This document shows, in pieces, positions 27,101 through 36,692 of a DNA stretch of 64,000 nt. The translations under genes were made by a program, and so were the position numbers. Each line of letters starts with the position of its first letter. Positions within the stretch are counted from its first letter, which is position 1. The stretch spans positions 16,928,001-16,992,000 of the forward strand of contig OZ249436.1 of NCBI GenBank assembly GCA_965235115.1, read 5' to 3'. Under the pieces are notes generated by a model. The model made no database searches. It was not told the DNA's origin and saw only the letters and a list, made by a program, of their open reading frames with translations. The stretch is from Laetmonice hystrix (Eukaryota).

Positions 27101-29215
27101 GCCTACTAAATGTGTGTAGTTAACCCTTAAGTCTTGTTCACTGAGTCAATGACTTCCCTGACATTTTATAAGAGGAATGTTCTTGTGCGAGCGAAGAATA
27201 GACTTTCATAAATTAGTAGAACACTGCGTTCGAGGCCATCCTCCAGAAACTCTCAATCCTGCGCCCAGGTCAAAGGTCACTTCCGTTTAATGCAGACGAG
27301 AGCAAATTGTCGCAAGTATCGGTTCAGCCAGGGATTTCCCCACAGGGCCCACTACACCAAGGCGAAGCCAATCTATTCACGTTTAATGTGGCTATAAGGC
27401 CGTCTTTGTGAAGAAACATGATCTCCCTCCATGCCTTTCCACAATTCTCAGGGGTATTTCACGTCTTTGTGAATATGGGCCACGACGTCGTTGTTGACGT
27501 CACAATGGGCGGCCCCAAGGTTCCCACTCCGTGAAGCCCACTTTATGCGTGGCGGTGGTGTGCACTCAGTGGGATCTACTCCCAGTAACCAGCATCCTTT
27601 GGGGTGGACACTGGGACTGACGACTTCCGGCCACCATTCCATGCACTGGGACTGATGACTTAGGACCACTCACAGCGGATCGACGAGTGTGCCATGGTTT
27701 AGCTAACGTATTCTTTCACTGGTTTCCAAATATATCAAAGTAACAAAATCGAATGTAAGGTTAGGGCTTGGTGATCGGGAAAACTTGTCAGATGAACCTC
27801 CCTGTCGGCACCTCCCTGTCGGCACCTCCCTGTCGGCACCATCCAGTTGGCACCACCCAGTCGGCACCGCCCTGTCGCCACCATCTTGTCGGCACCACCC
27901 TGTCGCCACTGTTCTGTCGGCACCGCCCTGTCGGCACCGCCCTGTCAGCACCGCCATCTGCTTCCGGTCGCCGGAAGTTGGCGGCGCGATCTCGCTTCGA
28001 TCAGTGGCATGCCTGGCTATGTCAGCTGAGGACTGGACGGCTGGCTCGGACCAACGGCAAGCAGGTGGGCGGGACTGTGGACTGTGGGCTTGGTTGATCT
28101 TGACTGTGGGCCTCGTTGACCTGGGATGGGCGGGACTGTGGGCCTGCTGCTGCTGCTGCTGCTGCTGTTACTACTGCTGCTTGGACGGTGAGCGTGAAGG
28201 TGGTTGCTGCTCAGACGGCTGGCCTCATACGACTGCTGCCCACTGACTTATTTGCCTATACATCAAAGCATCATAAAACCCTTATTTATCAGATCCTGAA
28301 GCCGCGAGAAAATGGAGACGAGGCAGCACTTAACAACCGCTGCTGATGACGTCGCTCAGCCAACCAACCAACCAATCAACCTTCCAAACGAGCACCGTTC
28401 CCCCACAAACCTCCTAGCCCGGCCTGCTTCTTCCTGCAGGACAAACCGTATTTTTGGTACAAAAAGCCGAGACAGCTGTATCAGATTCATTCGTGGACCG
28501 CGGTGTACGCTAATGATGCGTTTTTATTTTCAGGCGACCATTAGTAACGCTGGTATCCGTTGACGTGCCATATCCACCTGTGAACACTGATTTACCCAGC
28601 TGTGAAGTCTTTTATCCAGCTGCGAACACTCATTTATCCAGCTGCTTCCTGGAGCAGGTGTTACAGAGGAGCGTCAGCAGCGACACTTACCAGGGTAACC
28701 GGGACAAATCAAACCGCCACTGGAACCACACTAACCACACGAGAGATGGGTGGGGGGGGGGGGGGGGGGGGGTGATGTCACTATGCCCCGTCTCAGAGAA
28801 AATATCTGTATTTCAATTGAAAAAAACCCACGAAGAGCCCGCAGACTGATATTCTAGACATCTTGAGTGAGTATTTGTCTACATGTGTGTATAAGTGCCA
28901 TACTGCATGGACCCATGCAGTCGGGGTTACTAGGGATAAATATTGTGGGACCTATTAATGGCCTCAAAACTCAGCTGGAATTATCCATAACCTAGTTGTA
29001 AGACACGAGCGGCGGCTTACAGACTGTTGTATAAGTATTTGACGAGACGCTCACCTGAAACCTATAGAGCGTTCCGTCGTCCTTCACGAGTAGCGCCTTG
29101 GTGTCAGCCACAGGGAAGAAGTAACCATAGTGACAGAGGAGCCCCGCTAGGTGGAGTGCTTCGGCTGAGTCCTCCACGTGTAACCGATCCATGAGCCATT
29201 CTATGAGGTCGTAAC
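1..29215 (-). CDS. RGS7-like: R7-family regulator of G-protein signalling (DEP-DHEX-GGL-RGS; RGS6/7/9/11, EGL-10/EAT-16 family), spliced CDS of 14 exons, partial at both ends
   Basis: Exons 29215-29055, 26957-26906, 21668-21604, 20039-19963, 17756-17675, 12374-12273, 12115-12054, 3873-3760, 3340-3137, 2819-2730, 1360-1232, 1029-832, 518-483, 177-<1 have GT-AG boundaries with matching phases and join into one open frame. It contains R7 motifs GYFFP..KDDGTLYRFQSPYFWPS, LDSQERAFWRVHRP, DPFL..PQPSNPWITDD, EYSSENLHFW and LMKKDSYNRF. Exact paralog cannot be fixed without a tree. Confidence 0.95.
483..518 (-). CDS. RGS7-like: R7 RGS short tail exon (STGDVKGENKKG)
   Basis: 36 nt; acceptor gttgcag, donor GG|gtgagt; phase 2 to 2; no homology support. 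Confidence 0.6.
832..1029 (-). CDS. RGS7-like: R7 RGS exon, C-terminal tail (FFNFGGTKKKSPNPSPKPKRRGSASDDMNV...HSFSTGNLHELDINGKSNKSSPFG)
   Basis: 198 nt open in the expected frame; acceptor tttgaag, donor GG|gtgagt; phase 2 to 2. Confidence 0.82.
1232..1360 (-). CDS. RGS7-like: R7 RGS exon, RGS domain C-part (FTMDKAQDHIYTLMKKDSYNRFIRSDHFKYLLANAVNPCPKK)
   Basis: 129 nt; acceptor tctctggcccag, donor gtaagt; phase 2 to 2. Confidence 0.95.
1341..2537. repeat. 49-bp minisatellite, ~24 copies, containing the acceptor and first 20 nt of exon 1360-1232
   Basis: Unit gggccttgtccatggtaaacctgggccagagacacacgtaattatatca. Confidence 0.97.
2730..2819 (-). CDS. RGS7-like: R7 RGS exon, RGS domain middle (EFLASGAPHEINIDARTMEYTVQHLKHPDR)
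   Basis: 90 nt; acceptor cattctcag, donor AG|gtcggt; phase 2 to 2. Confidence 0.95.
3137..3340 (-). CDS. RGS7-like: R7 RGS exon, RGS domain N-part (ATTPTERQVRRWAYNIQEVLADPKGRHQFELFLTKEYSSENLHFWQACEQLRASALSKVGEVAHDIYR)
   Basis: 204 nt; acceptor cccatacag, donor AG|gtaggt; phase 2 to 2. Confidence 0.95.
3540..3750. repeat. Purine-rich low-complexity tract
   Basis: Degenerate gagggtgaggag runs. Confidence 0.8.
3760..3873 (-). CDS. RGS7-like: R7 RGS exon, GGL C-half (LQQRAEQFYEHDPFLCQPQPSNPWITDDITHWQLHSEG)
   Basis: 114 nt; acceptor gtttgttccag; donor GG|gttcgt is weak and was chosen for phase fit; DPFL/SNPW GGL motif. Confidence 0.92.
3859..4432. repeat. 77-bp minisatellite, ~7.5 copies, containing the acceptor and start of exon 3873-3760
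   Basis: Unit gccctctgctggaggctggaacaaacaacgatacgctgaggtacatggagacaaaccctgactacacagacacctcg. Confidence 0.97.
4540..4695. repeat. ~18-bp degenerate minisatellite
   Basis: Unit like ccctggcccacacccaca. Confidence 0.8.
5248..5922. mobile_element. Non-autonomous DNA transposon (MITE), PIF/Harbinger-like, 675 bp
   Basis: 25-bp perfect TIR agcccccgtcacactttcccggatc / gatccgggaaagtgtgacgggggct, flanked by TAA on both sides (5245-5247, 5923-5925). Confidence 0.9.
6050..6577. repeat. 35-bp GC-rich minisatellite, ~14 copies
   Basis: Unit ccgacgtccaacccgggggaggcgactcgtccccg. Confidence 0.95.
6612..6890. repeat. G-rich degenerate repeat
   Basis: gggggtagac-type units with long G runs. Confidence 0.85.
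9010..9642. repeat. ~43-bp minisatellite with recurring variant units
   Basis: Unit ggcactgacagcacagggacatgtcctgagtcgtcagggggca; variant ...ttagtcttcagcctgggcca recurs three times. Confidence 0.95.
10020..10327. repeat. 25-bp minisatellite, ~12 copies
   Basis: Unit gggccggctgtgggccaccgtggct. Confidence 0.95.
11146..11900. repeat. Compound ~23-30-bp minisatellite
   Basis: Core aagcccggttgtagtac with alternating linkers. Confidence 0.93.
12054..12115 (-). CDS. RGS7-like: R7 RGS exon, GGL N-half (IEFLRHCLKQARMKTSKAAES)
   Basis: 62 nt; acceptor cttcag, donor AG|gtaggt; phase 0 to 2. Confidence 0.9.
12273..12374 (-). CDS. RGS7-like: R7 RGS exon, DHEX-GGL linker (PLQVKCLEEGVRRNYQPSHMARRKKKNIESIKKE)
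   Basis: 102 nt; acceptor ctgcag (an in-frame alternative ctccag lies 9 nt downstream), donor GAG|gtgcgt; phase 0 to 0. Confidence 0.85.
12612..13175. repeat. 38-44-bp minisatellite, ~14 copies, carrying X-box-like motifs
   Basis: Unit gtgggagtgttaccatggagaccctgtcccccaatacc. Confidence 0.95.
13520..13920. repeat. C-rich ~48-bp repeat plus C-rich tract
   Basis: Unit ccccgtccctcaaccgcccctcccccagccccaccccaggcccccgcc. Confidence 0.9.
14057..14732. repeat. 40/55-bp minisatellite followed by a 19-bp x4 repeat
   Basis: Units ggcccgctcagtgagctcagggtagacgactcgacatcac and agggttgtgacgtaggcct. Confidence 0.93.
15863..16050 (+). repeat. Degenerate TTAGGG-like hexamer repeat
   Basis: ggttagtggcagggctagggttagggttag...; a similar opposite-strand tract lies at 37745-37845. 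Confidence 0.75.
16512..17365. repeat. 34-bp minisatellite, ~25 copies
   Basis: Unit gtccctgcctcattgcctgccggaggggaccgag. Confidence 0.97.
17675..17756 (-). CDS. RGS7-like: R7 RGS exon, DHEX (LAKERKKADKVVLDSQERAFWRVHRPG)
   Basis: 82 nt; acceptor gttgtcctcag, donor gtaagt; phase 2 to 0. Confidence 0.95.
17758..18355. repeat. ~38-bp minisatellite abutting the acceptor of exon 17756-17675
   Basis: Unit ggacagacacagaacggttgggggtcctaggactgat, more degenerate toward the exon. Confidence 0.9.
19050..19175. repeat. ~40-bp x3 repeat
   Basis: atgataaca.a.a.cg.c.taataacgtataactataat. Confidence 0.85.
19260..19515. repeat. Degenerate (CAT)n then (GGA)n simple repeats
   Basis: Seen directly. Confidence 0.8.
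19835..19972. repeat. 46-50-bp x3 repeat containing the donor of exon 20039-19963
   Basis: acttgccct...gtgatgtac(y)tacctaacctgtt at 19835, 19885 and 19931. Confidence 0.85.
19963..20039 (-). CDS. RGS7-like: R7 RGS exon, DHEX (ASFNKLQKMLCDKWDFILMQAEEQVR)
   Basis: 77 nt; acceptor ctttgtttcag, donor AG|gtaagt; phase 0 to 2. Confidence 0.93.
20085..21020. repeat. 69-bp minisatellite, ~14 copies
   Basis: Unit tgtacaggtaactcagcgtctctaacaggtcgggggaacggatcaaatcagggggtggatccttgtgac. Confidence 0.95.
21604..21668 (-). CDS. RGS7-like: R7 RGS exon, DHEX (AIYLAKRSMRNKQRHGLDDHEQ)
   Basis: 65 nt; acceptor tactttcag, donor CAG|gtgagg; phase 1 to 0. Confidence 0.93.
22798..22968. repeat. ~17-bp degenerate minisatellite
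   Basis: Unit gcggtgtgaccacaggg. Confidence 0.85.
23353..23555. repeat. 55-75-bp x3 repeat
   Basis: ctttatcaatgggtgtacaagtagt...tacacaaatgggagt...tgtactagcc. Confidence 0.85.
26063..26580. repeat. 23-24-bp minisatellite, ~21 copies
   Basis: Unit ctccacggtcctggaaccaggccc. Confidence 0.95.
26906..26957 (-). CDS. RGS7-like: R7 RGS exon, DEP/DHEX junction (SPYFWPSQNWEPDNVDY)
   Basis: 52 nt; acceptor ctttcttccag, donor gtaagc; phase 0 to 1. Confidence 0.95.
27796..27957. repeat. ~14-bp degenerate minisatellite
   Basis: Unit ccctgtcggcacc. Confidence 0.85.
29055..29215 (-). CDS. RGS7-like: R7 RGS exon, DEP domain (GYDLIEWLMDRLHVEDSAEALHLAGLLCHYGYFFPVADTKALLVKDDGTLYRFQ)
   Basis: 161 nt; acceptor cttcctcag, donor CAG|gtgag; phase 1 to 0. 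Confidence 0.95.
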
Positions 29216-29940
29216 CTGAGGAAGATAAGTAAACCAAGATAAGATAAGTAAAGAGGTAACGGTGTAAGTATGAGGTCGTAACCTGGGGAAGATAAGTAAA
29301 CCAAGATAAGATAAGTAAAGAGGTAACGGTGTACCCGGTCCATGAACCATTCTATGAGGTCGTAACCTGAGGAAGATAAGTAAACCAAGATAAGATAAGT
29401 AAAGAGGTAACGGTGTACCCGGTCCATGAACCATTCTATGAGGTCGTAACCTGAGGAAGATAAGTAAACCAAGATAAGATAAGTAAAGAGGTAACGGTGT
29501 ACCCGGTCCATGAACCATTCTATGAGGTCGTAACCTGAGGAAGATAAGTAAACCAAGATAAGATAAGTAAAGAGGTAACGGTGTACCCGGTCCATGAACC
29601 ATTCTATGAGGTCGTAACCTGAGGAAGATAAGTAAACCAAGATAAGATAAGTAAAGAGGTAACGGTGTAAGTATGAGGTCGTAACCTGAGGAAGATAAGT
29701 AAACCAAGATAAGATAAGTAAAGAGGTAACGGTGTACCCGGTCCATGAACCATTCTATGAGGTCGTAACCTGAGGAAGATAAGTAAACCAAGATAAGATA
29801 AGTAAAGAGGTAACGGTGTACCCGGTCCATGAACCATTCTATGAGGTCGTAACCTGAGGAAGATAAGTAAACCAAGATAAGATAAGTAAAGAGGTAACGG
29901 TGTACCCGGTCCATGAACTATTCTATGAGGTCATAACCTA
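29178..29940. repeat. 84/67-bp minisatellite containing the acceptor and first ~38 nt of exon 29215-29055
   Basis: Acceptor motif gtaacct at 29211, 29278, 29362, 29446, 29530, 29614, 29681, 29765, 29849, with a variant at 29933. Confidence 0.97.
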
Positions 29941-30177
29941 CCAGAGCATAGAGATAAACATAATGCACCACTTATAGACCTACACAGATGAATGTGTAAT
30001 CAGTGATGGCTAAAAAATCCTGCTGGAAACGATTTGGCCTGTCTACAATCCCGAAGATGTCTACAACTCATGTGGGAATAACCTCGGCCAGGAGAACGTT
30101 AGATTTGCCCCTGAATAAACTAATGCCGTCTGGCCCCGTCCTAACTTGTGATCCTTGTCCGGGTAGTCGCTGTTACG

Positions 30178-30590
30178 GTAACGTGTATAAACTGACGCCA
30201 CTCTGAGAGCAAGCCGTCAAGGTGTGGGTTCGTAACGTGTATAAACTGACGTCATATATAAACTGACGTCACTCTTAGAGAAAACCGTCAAGTGCGGGTT
30301 CGTAACGTGTATAAACTGACGTCATATATAAACTGACGTCACTCTGAGAGAAAGCCGTCAAGTGCGGGTTCGTAACGTGTATAAACTGACGTCATATATA
30401 AAACTGACGTCACTCTGAGAGAAAGCCGTCAAGTATGGGTTCGTAACGTGTATAAACTGACGTCATATATAAACTGACGTCACTCTGAGAGAAAGCCGCC
30501 AAGTGCGGGTTCGTAACGTGTATAAACTGACGTCATATATAAACTGACGTCACTCTGAGAGAAAGCCGTCAAGTGCGGGTTCGTAACGTG
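30178..30590. repeat. 70-bp minisatellite, ~6 copies, two TGACGTCA per full unit
   Basis: Unit gtaacgtgtataaactgacgtcatatataaactgacgtcactctgagagaaagccgtcaagtgcgggttc. Confidence 0.96.
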
Positions 30591-31096
30591 ACGCGGACTT
30601 AGACGACTCTGAATGGATAATGCATATTACTGGTGACATGACCAATGCCTCCATGTTAACTCGAGACACCGACCAGAGCTAATACGTTCACGACAAACAA
30701 CGCCTTCCCCTCTCCTCTCCGGGCTCACAACTGTCAGAGTTCTGTAGATCTATGTAAGTAGATCCGGCTGATCCAGGCGGAGTAATCTCTCTCCAGCGTC
30801 TAGTAATCTGTCCCCCGAGGACGGGCGATCAGACCTTTTGACCGTCTCCTACCGCCCGGCCCGACCGACCACCTGAGCCATTGTTACAAGATGTGTTCGG
30901 CTGACAAAAGTCTTGATTGAGGTCGATACCTGAGCTGAACCGCCCTAACTACCCAGGACCGAGTCCTGCCTGACGTCGTGTTGTCAGCGAACAGAGAGCG
31001 CATTCAGTGGCGCCACACAACGGGCTTTGTGACTTCACAAAACGTTGGCGTCAGGACGCTGAGAGGTCGACAGTTGATCGGTGAACAATATCTCCC

Positions 31097-34000
31097 GGAC
31101 TGCGCTCATTAATCTCAAGGTCACACGTATATCGAGTTATTCACTCCAATAGATCATACCTCACGGACTGTCCTCATTAATCTCAAGGTCACGCGTATAT
31201 CGAGTTATTCACTCCAATAGATCATACCTCACGGACTGTCCTCATTAATCTCAAGGTCACACTCTATCGAGTTATTCACTCCAATAGATCATACCTCACG
31301 GACTGTCCTCATTAATCTCAAGGTCACACGTATATCGAGTTATTCACTCCAATAGATCATACCTCACGGACTGTCCTCATTAATCTCAAGGTCACACTCT
31401 ATCGAGTTATCCACTCCAATAGATCATACATCAGGGACTGTCCTAATTAATCTCAAGGTCACGCGTATATCGAGTTATCCACTCCAATAGATCATACCTC
31501 ACGGACTGCCCTCATTAATCTCCAGGTCACACTCTATCGAGTTCTCCACTCCAATAGATCATACCTCACGGGCTGTCCTCATTGATCTCAAGGTCACACG
31601 TATATCGAGTTATCCACTCCAATAGATCATACCTCACGGACTGCCCTCATTAATCTCAAGGTCACACTATATCGAGTTATCCACTCCAATAGATCATACG
31701 TCAGGGACTTGCCTCATTGATATCAAGGTCACACGTATATCGAGTTATCCACTCCAATAGATCATATCTCCCAGACTGCGCTCATTAATCTCAAGGTCAC
31801 ACGTATATCGAGTTATCCACTCCAATAGATCATACCTCACGGGCTGTCCTCATTAATCTCAAGGTCACACTATATCGAGTTATCCACTCCAATAGATCAT
31901 ACCTCACGGGTTGTCCTCATTAATCTCAAGGTCACACTATATCGAGTTATCCACTCCAATAGATCATACCTCACGGACTGTCCTCATTAATCTCAAGGTC
32001 ACACTATATCGAGTTATCCACTCCAATAGATCATACCTCAGGGACTGCCCTCATTAATCTCAAGGTCACACTCTATCGAGTTATCCACTCCAATAGATCA
32101 TACCTCACGTCTGTCCTCATTAATCTCAAGGTCACACTCTATCGAGTTATCCACTCCAATAGATCATATCTCACGGACTGCCCTCATTAATCTCAAGGTC
32201 ACACTCTATCGAGTTATCCACTCAAATAGATCATACCTCACGGACTGCCCTCATTAATCTCCAGGTCACACTCTATCGAGTTATCCACTCCAATAGATCA
32301 TACCTCACGGGCTGTCCTCATTAATCTCAAGGTCACACGTATATCGAGTTATCCACTCCAATAGATCATACGTCACGGACTGTCCTCATTAATCTCAAGG
32401 TCACACGTATATCGAGTTATCCACTCCAATAGATCATACCTCACGGACTGCCCTCATTAATCTCAAGGTCACACTATATCGAGTTATCCACTCCAATAGA
32501 TCATACGTCAGGGACTTGCCTCATTGATATCAAGGTCACACGTATATCGAGTTATCCACTCCAATAGATCATATCTCCCAGACTGCGCTCATTAATCTCA
32601 AGGTCACACGTATATCGAGTTATCCACTCCAATAGATCATACGTCACGGACTGTCCTCATTAATCTCAAGGTCACACGTATATCGAGTTATTCACTCCAA
32701 TAGATCATACCTCACGGGCTGTCCTCATTAATGTCAAGGTCACACTATATCGAGTTATCCACTCCAATAGATCATACCTCACGGACTGTCCTCATTAATC
32801 TCAAGGTCACACTATATCGAGTTATCCACTCCAATAGATCACACCTTACGGGCTGTCCTCATTGATCTCAAGGTCACACGTATATCGAGTTATCCACTCC
32901 AATAGATCATACCTCACGGACTGCCCTCATTAATCTCAAGGTCACACTCTATCGAGTTATCCACTCCAATAGATCATACGTCACGGACTGTCCTCATTAA
33001 TCTCAAGGTCACACTATATCGAGTTATCCACTCCAATAGATCATACCTCAGGGACTGCCCTCATTAATCTCAAGGTCACACTCTATCGAGTTATCCACTC
33101 CAATAGATCATACCTCACGTCTGTCCTCATTAATCTCAAGGTCACACTCTATCGAGTTATCCACTCCAATAGATCATATCTCACGGACTGCCCTCATTAA
33201 TCTCAAGGTCACACTCTATCGAGTTATCCACTCAAATAGATCATACCTCACGGACTGCCCTCATTAATCTCCAGGTCACACTCTATCGAGTTATCCACTC
33301 CAATAGATCATACCTCACGGGCTGTCCTCATTAATCTCAAGGTCACACGTATATCGAGTTATCCCCTCCAATAGATCATACGTCACGGACTGTCCTCATT
33401 AATCTCAAGGTCACACTCTATCGAGTTATCCACTCCAATAGATCATACCTCACGGACTGCCCTCATTAATCTCCAGGTCACACTATATCGAGTTATCCAC
33501 TCCAATAGATCATACGTCACGGACTGCCCTCATTAATCTCCAGGTCACACTCTATCGAGTTATCCACTCCAATAGATCATACCTCACGGGCTGTCCTCAT
33601 TAATCTCAAGGTCACACTATATCGAGTTATCCACTCCAATAGATCATACGTCACGGACTGTCCTCATTAATCTCAAGGTCACACTATATCGAGTTATCCA
33701 CTCCAATAGATCATACCTCACGGACTGTCCTCATTAATCTCAAGGTCACACGTATATCGAGTTCTCCACTCCAATAGATCATACCTCACGGACTGTCCTC
33801 ATTAATCTCAAGGTCACACTCTATCGAGTTATCCACTCCAATAGATCATACCCCACGGGCTTTCCTCATTAATCTCAAGGTCACACGTATATCGAGTTAT
33901 CCACTCCAATAGATCATACCTCACGGACTGTCCTCATTAATCTCAAGGTCACACTATATCGAGTTATCCACTCCAATAGATCATACCTCACGGGCTGTCC

Positions 34001-34459
34001 TCATTAATCTCAAGGTCACACGTATATCGAGTTATCCACTCCAATAGATCATACCTCACGGACTGCCCTCATTAATCTCAAGGTCACACTCTATCGAGTT
34101 ATCCACTCCAATAGATCATACCTCACGGACTGTCCTCATTAATCTCAAGGTCACACTCTATCGAGTTATTCACCCCAATAAATCATACCTCACGGACTGT
34201 CCTCATTAATCTCAAGGTCACACTATATCGAGTTACCCACTCCAATAAATCATACCTCACGGACTGTCCTCATTAATCTCAAGGTCACGCGTATATCGAG
34301 TTATCCACTCCAATAGATCATACCTCACGGACTGTCCTCATTGATATCAAGGTCACGCGTATATCGAGTTATCCACTCCAATAGATCATACCTCACGGAC
34401 TGTCCTCATTAATCTCAAGGTCACACTATATCGAGTTACCCACTCCAATAAATCATACC
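31097..34459. repeat. 67-68-bp satellite, ~50 copies
   Basis: Unit ggactgtcctcattaatctcaaggtcacacgtatatcgagttatccactccaatagatcatacctcac. Confidence 0.98.
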
Positions 34460-36397
34460 TTATATTATTTCATTTCAGTAAGCTGGCGACTATCGATTCA
34501 CAACCTTTGGTAATGATAATATTTGCAAACAGTACATGTCATAGCAGACGAAATCAATTCCAGGGACGAGTACAGGTGATCTCTTGTAAGTTAAAGTGTG
34601 TGATTACAATGGTTCTCCTGAAGTCGTCAATGATATCAGAACAGGACACGCAGTAAGGAGTGATTAGAAACATGTCTGGTATCAACAATGTGTCAGTGGC
34701 GACAGCGTCGGGCGACAGAGACAGCCCTTTCACTGTCGCGTGCCCTCTGACATAGTGGCGACAGCCGGGCTGTGATCACGTGTGATGGCTGTGATCGCGT
34801 GACCAAGGGGACTCGACCAATCACCGGGCGGTGACACCAGGTGACGTCAAACGTCCGACTGCCAGGAATCTTTCTAACATTAAAGGGGAACCTGTCACAA
34901 ACGCTAAATGTTGAATGGGAAGGCCACGGCTGGTCGTGCTGTTTTTAAACAAAGACGACTTGGTGACACTGCCTGTCGTGTCCGGGGTAAGAAGAGAGAC
35001 TGTAATCACTGGTAGATCCAGGGGCAGAGTTAGACGATCGTGCCCCCTACAAACCTCCCTCCTCTAGGACGCTGGACGTGTTTATCGTTATTTGTCGGGG
35101 GAGGGGGTTTCACCCAAGAAAAAGACAATAACATCTGGTTTTCTGTATTCTGTCTTTTTTAGGGTGCTCGTGTCACCGGGGCCGGGACGGGGGACCGGGA
35201 CCGGGGACCGGGACCGGGGACGAGGGGATGGATATAAGGTTGGGGCTCGGAATAGAGATATAATGTTCTTTTCTAGCCAGAAATATTCCTCTGACATGTT
35301 CCCGTGGCGACAGACCTTCCGTAGCTGCGACCGACATCTGCCAACTTGACCACCAGTTCAAGGGTCGTCCACTGACGGACAACCCTGCACAATATGATTG
35401 ATAGTAAACGTTGTCCAGTGGATTTCAATCCAACTCTAACCCAATGCCTTCACTCTCAGCCATTGCCCTCCCACCCCGGACAAACCATGCAATCAGTTCT
35501 CTGCCCGGCCTATAGAGATTGTTTAATAGTTCCCAGACTCCACTCAAGCCCCCCCCCCCCCCAAGCTCCACCCACACATATTGACATGGATACGGACGGA
35601 GCCATAAAATGCTGTTCACCTACTTTGTCCCAGTCCGTTCCACATATCCTAATGGAGGTGATTTTGGGTAGTTATGCTTTTACAATCACAACAATTGCGG
35701 TACACTGTTCGAGCTTTTTATCAAGAAGAATGGGAGAAGATTTGGGCGACTCGTTCGTCATGCTGACACTGATTTAAGATACTCATCCATCAGTGCCGCA
35801 GGGCCGTCCTCCTCAGTCACGTGGTCGGGGGTGGGGGGGGGGGGCACGGCACGGCCAACCGCTGGACCTCTGGGGCATCCATTATTGTCGGCGGTACCCG
35901 GATGTGAGCACAGTGTCTCTCCCTGGGGACGACCGTGACATCTTTGGCTCTGAGAGTCATCCCTCAACCCGAACATGTGACACGTTATACATGAGTCTGT
36001 GGGCGGCTCACTCCGTCTCCCCCTGTACATGTTGACGGCACCGGGCTATCCAACTACCGGTACATCATTCAGGTATCCACCGCACCCTGGCCACTAGACA
36101 GAGTATCCATCTCTGTACTACCGTATACAGAGACGGACGCCACTTAGTGCAAGTTCCTGGTGTGTTCGGCCAAATCATCCAACCACCATTAGGGGGCCTA
36201 AAACCCCTCCCCTGCCAATATGTCTGGACTGAATATTAATAAACACGCTTAAAGTAACTTATCTCACTTATTTCCAAGTTTGGAAAGCACGACGAGACAA
36301 AAATAAGGGCAGCACAAAGTCTGGAATCGATTAATTTCCCTCTCTGCCTATCGCGGCCATTTTGACCTCCCGGGTCAGGGAGTAGCCTGGTACCCTG

Positions 36398-36692
36398 CCA
36401 ATCTAATTAAAATTAGATCTTGGTATTCCGCGTCTCTCTCGGCTGTGTCAGTGCTGCTGCGCTCCATACCTAGATCTAAGGAAATCTCATTAGGGGTCAC
36501 CTCAGGTTGACCTCTGGATTCAGCCAATCAGCGAGTCGCCTACGAAATCTTCGGTGTGCGCTCGTAGGCATTTTCAACGGCACACTTGAATCTGGGTCAA
36601 AGGGCAGCCTGAGGTGACCCCATACGCGATACCGTTAGATCCTAGTATGGAGCGCATGCGAAATAACTACGATCTAATTTTAATTAGATTGG
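36398..36692. mobile_element. Palindromic MITE, ~295 bp
   Basis: 22-bp TIR ccaatctaattaaaattagatc / gatctaattttaattagattgg; direct repeat gtaccctg on both sides (10 bp ggtaccctgc if ends are trimmed by 1); further inverted blocks inside. Confidence 0.85.

Noticed and set aside
28143..28180. (CTG)n tract giving poly-Cys, poly-Ala or poly-Gln ORFs
   Set aside because: Short intronic microsatellite with no exon context.
35758..36030. 90-aa minus-strand ORF as a possible alternative first exon
   Set aside because: Ends in a stop, has no phase-compatible donor and shows no similarity to R7 N-termini.
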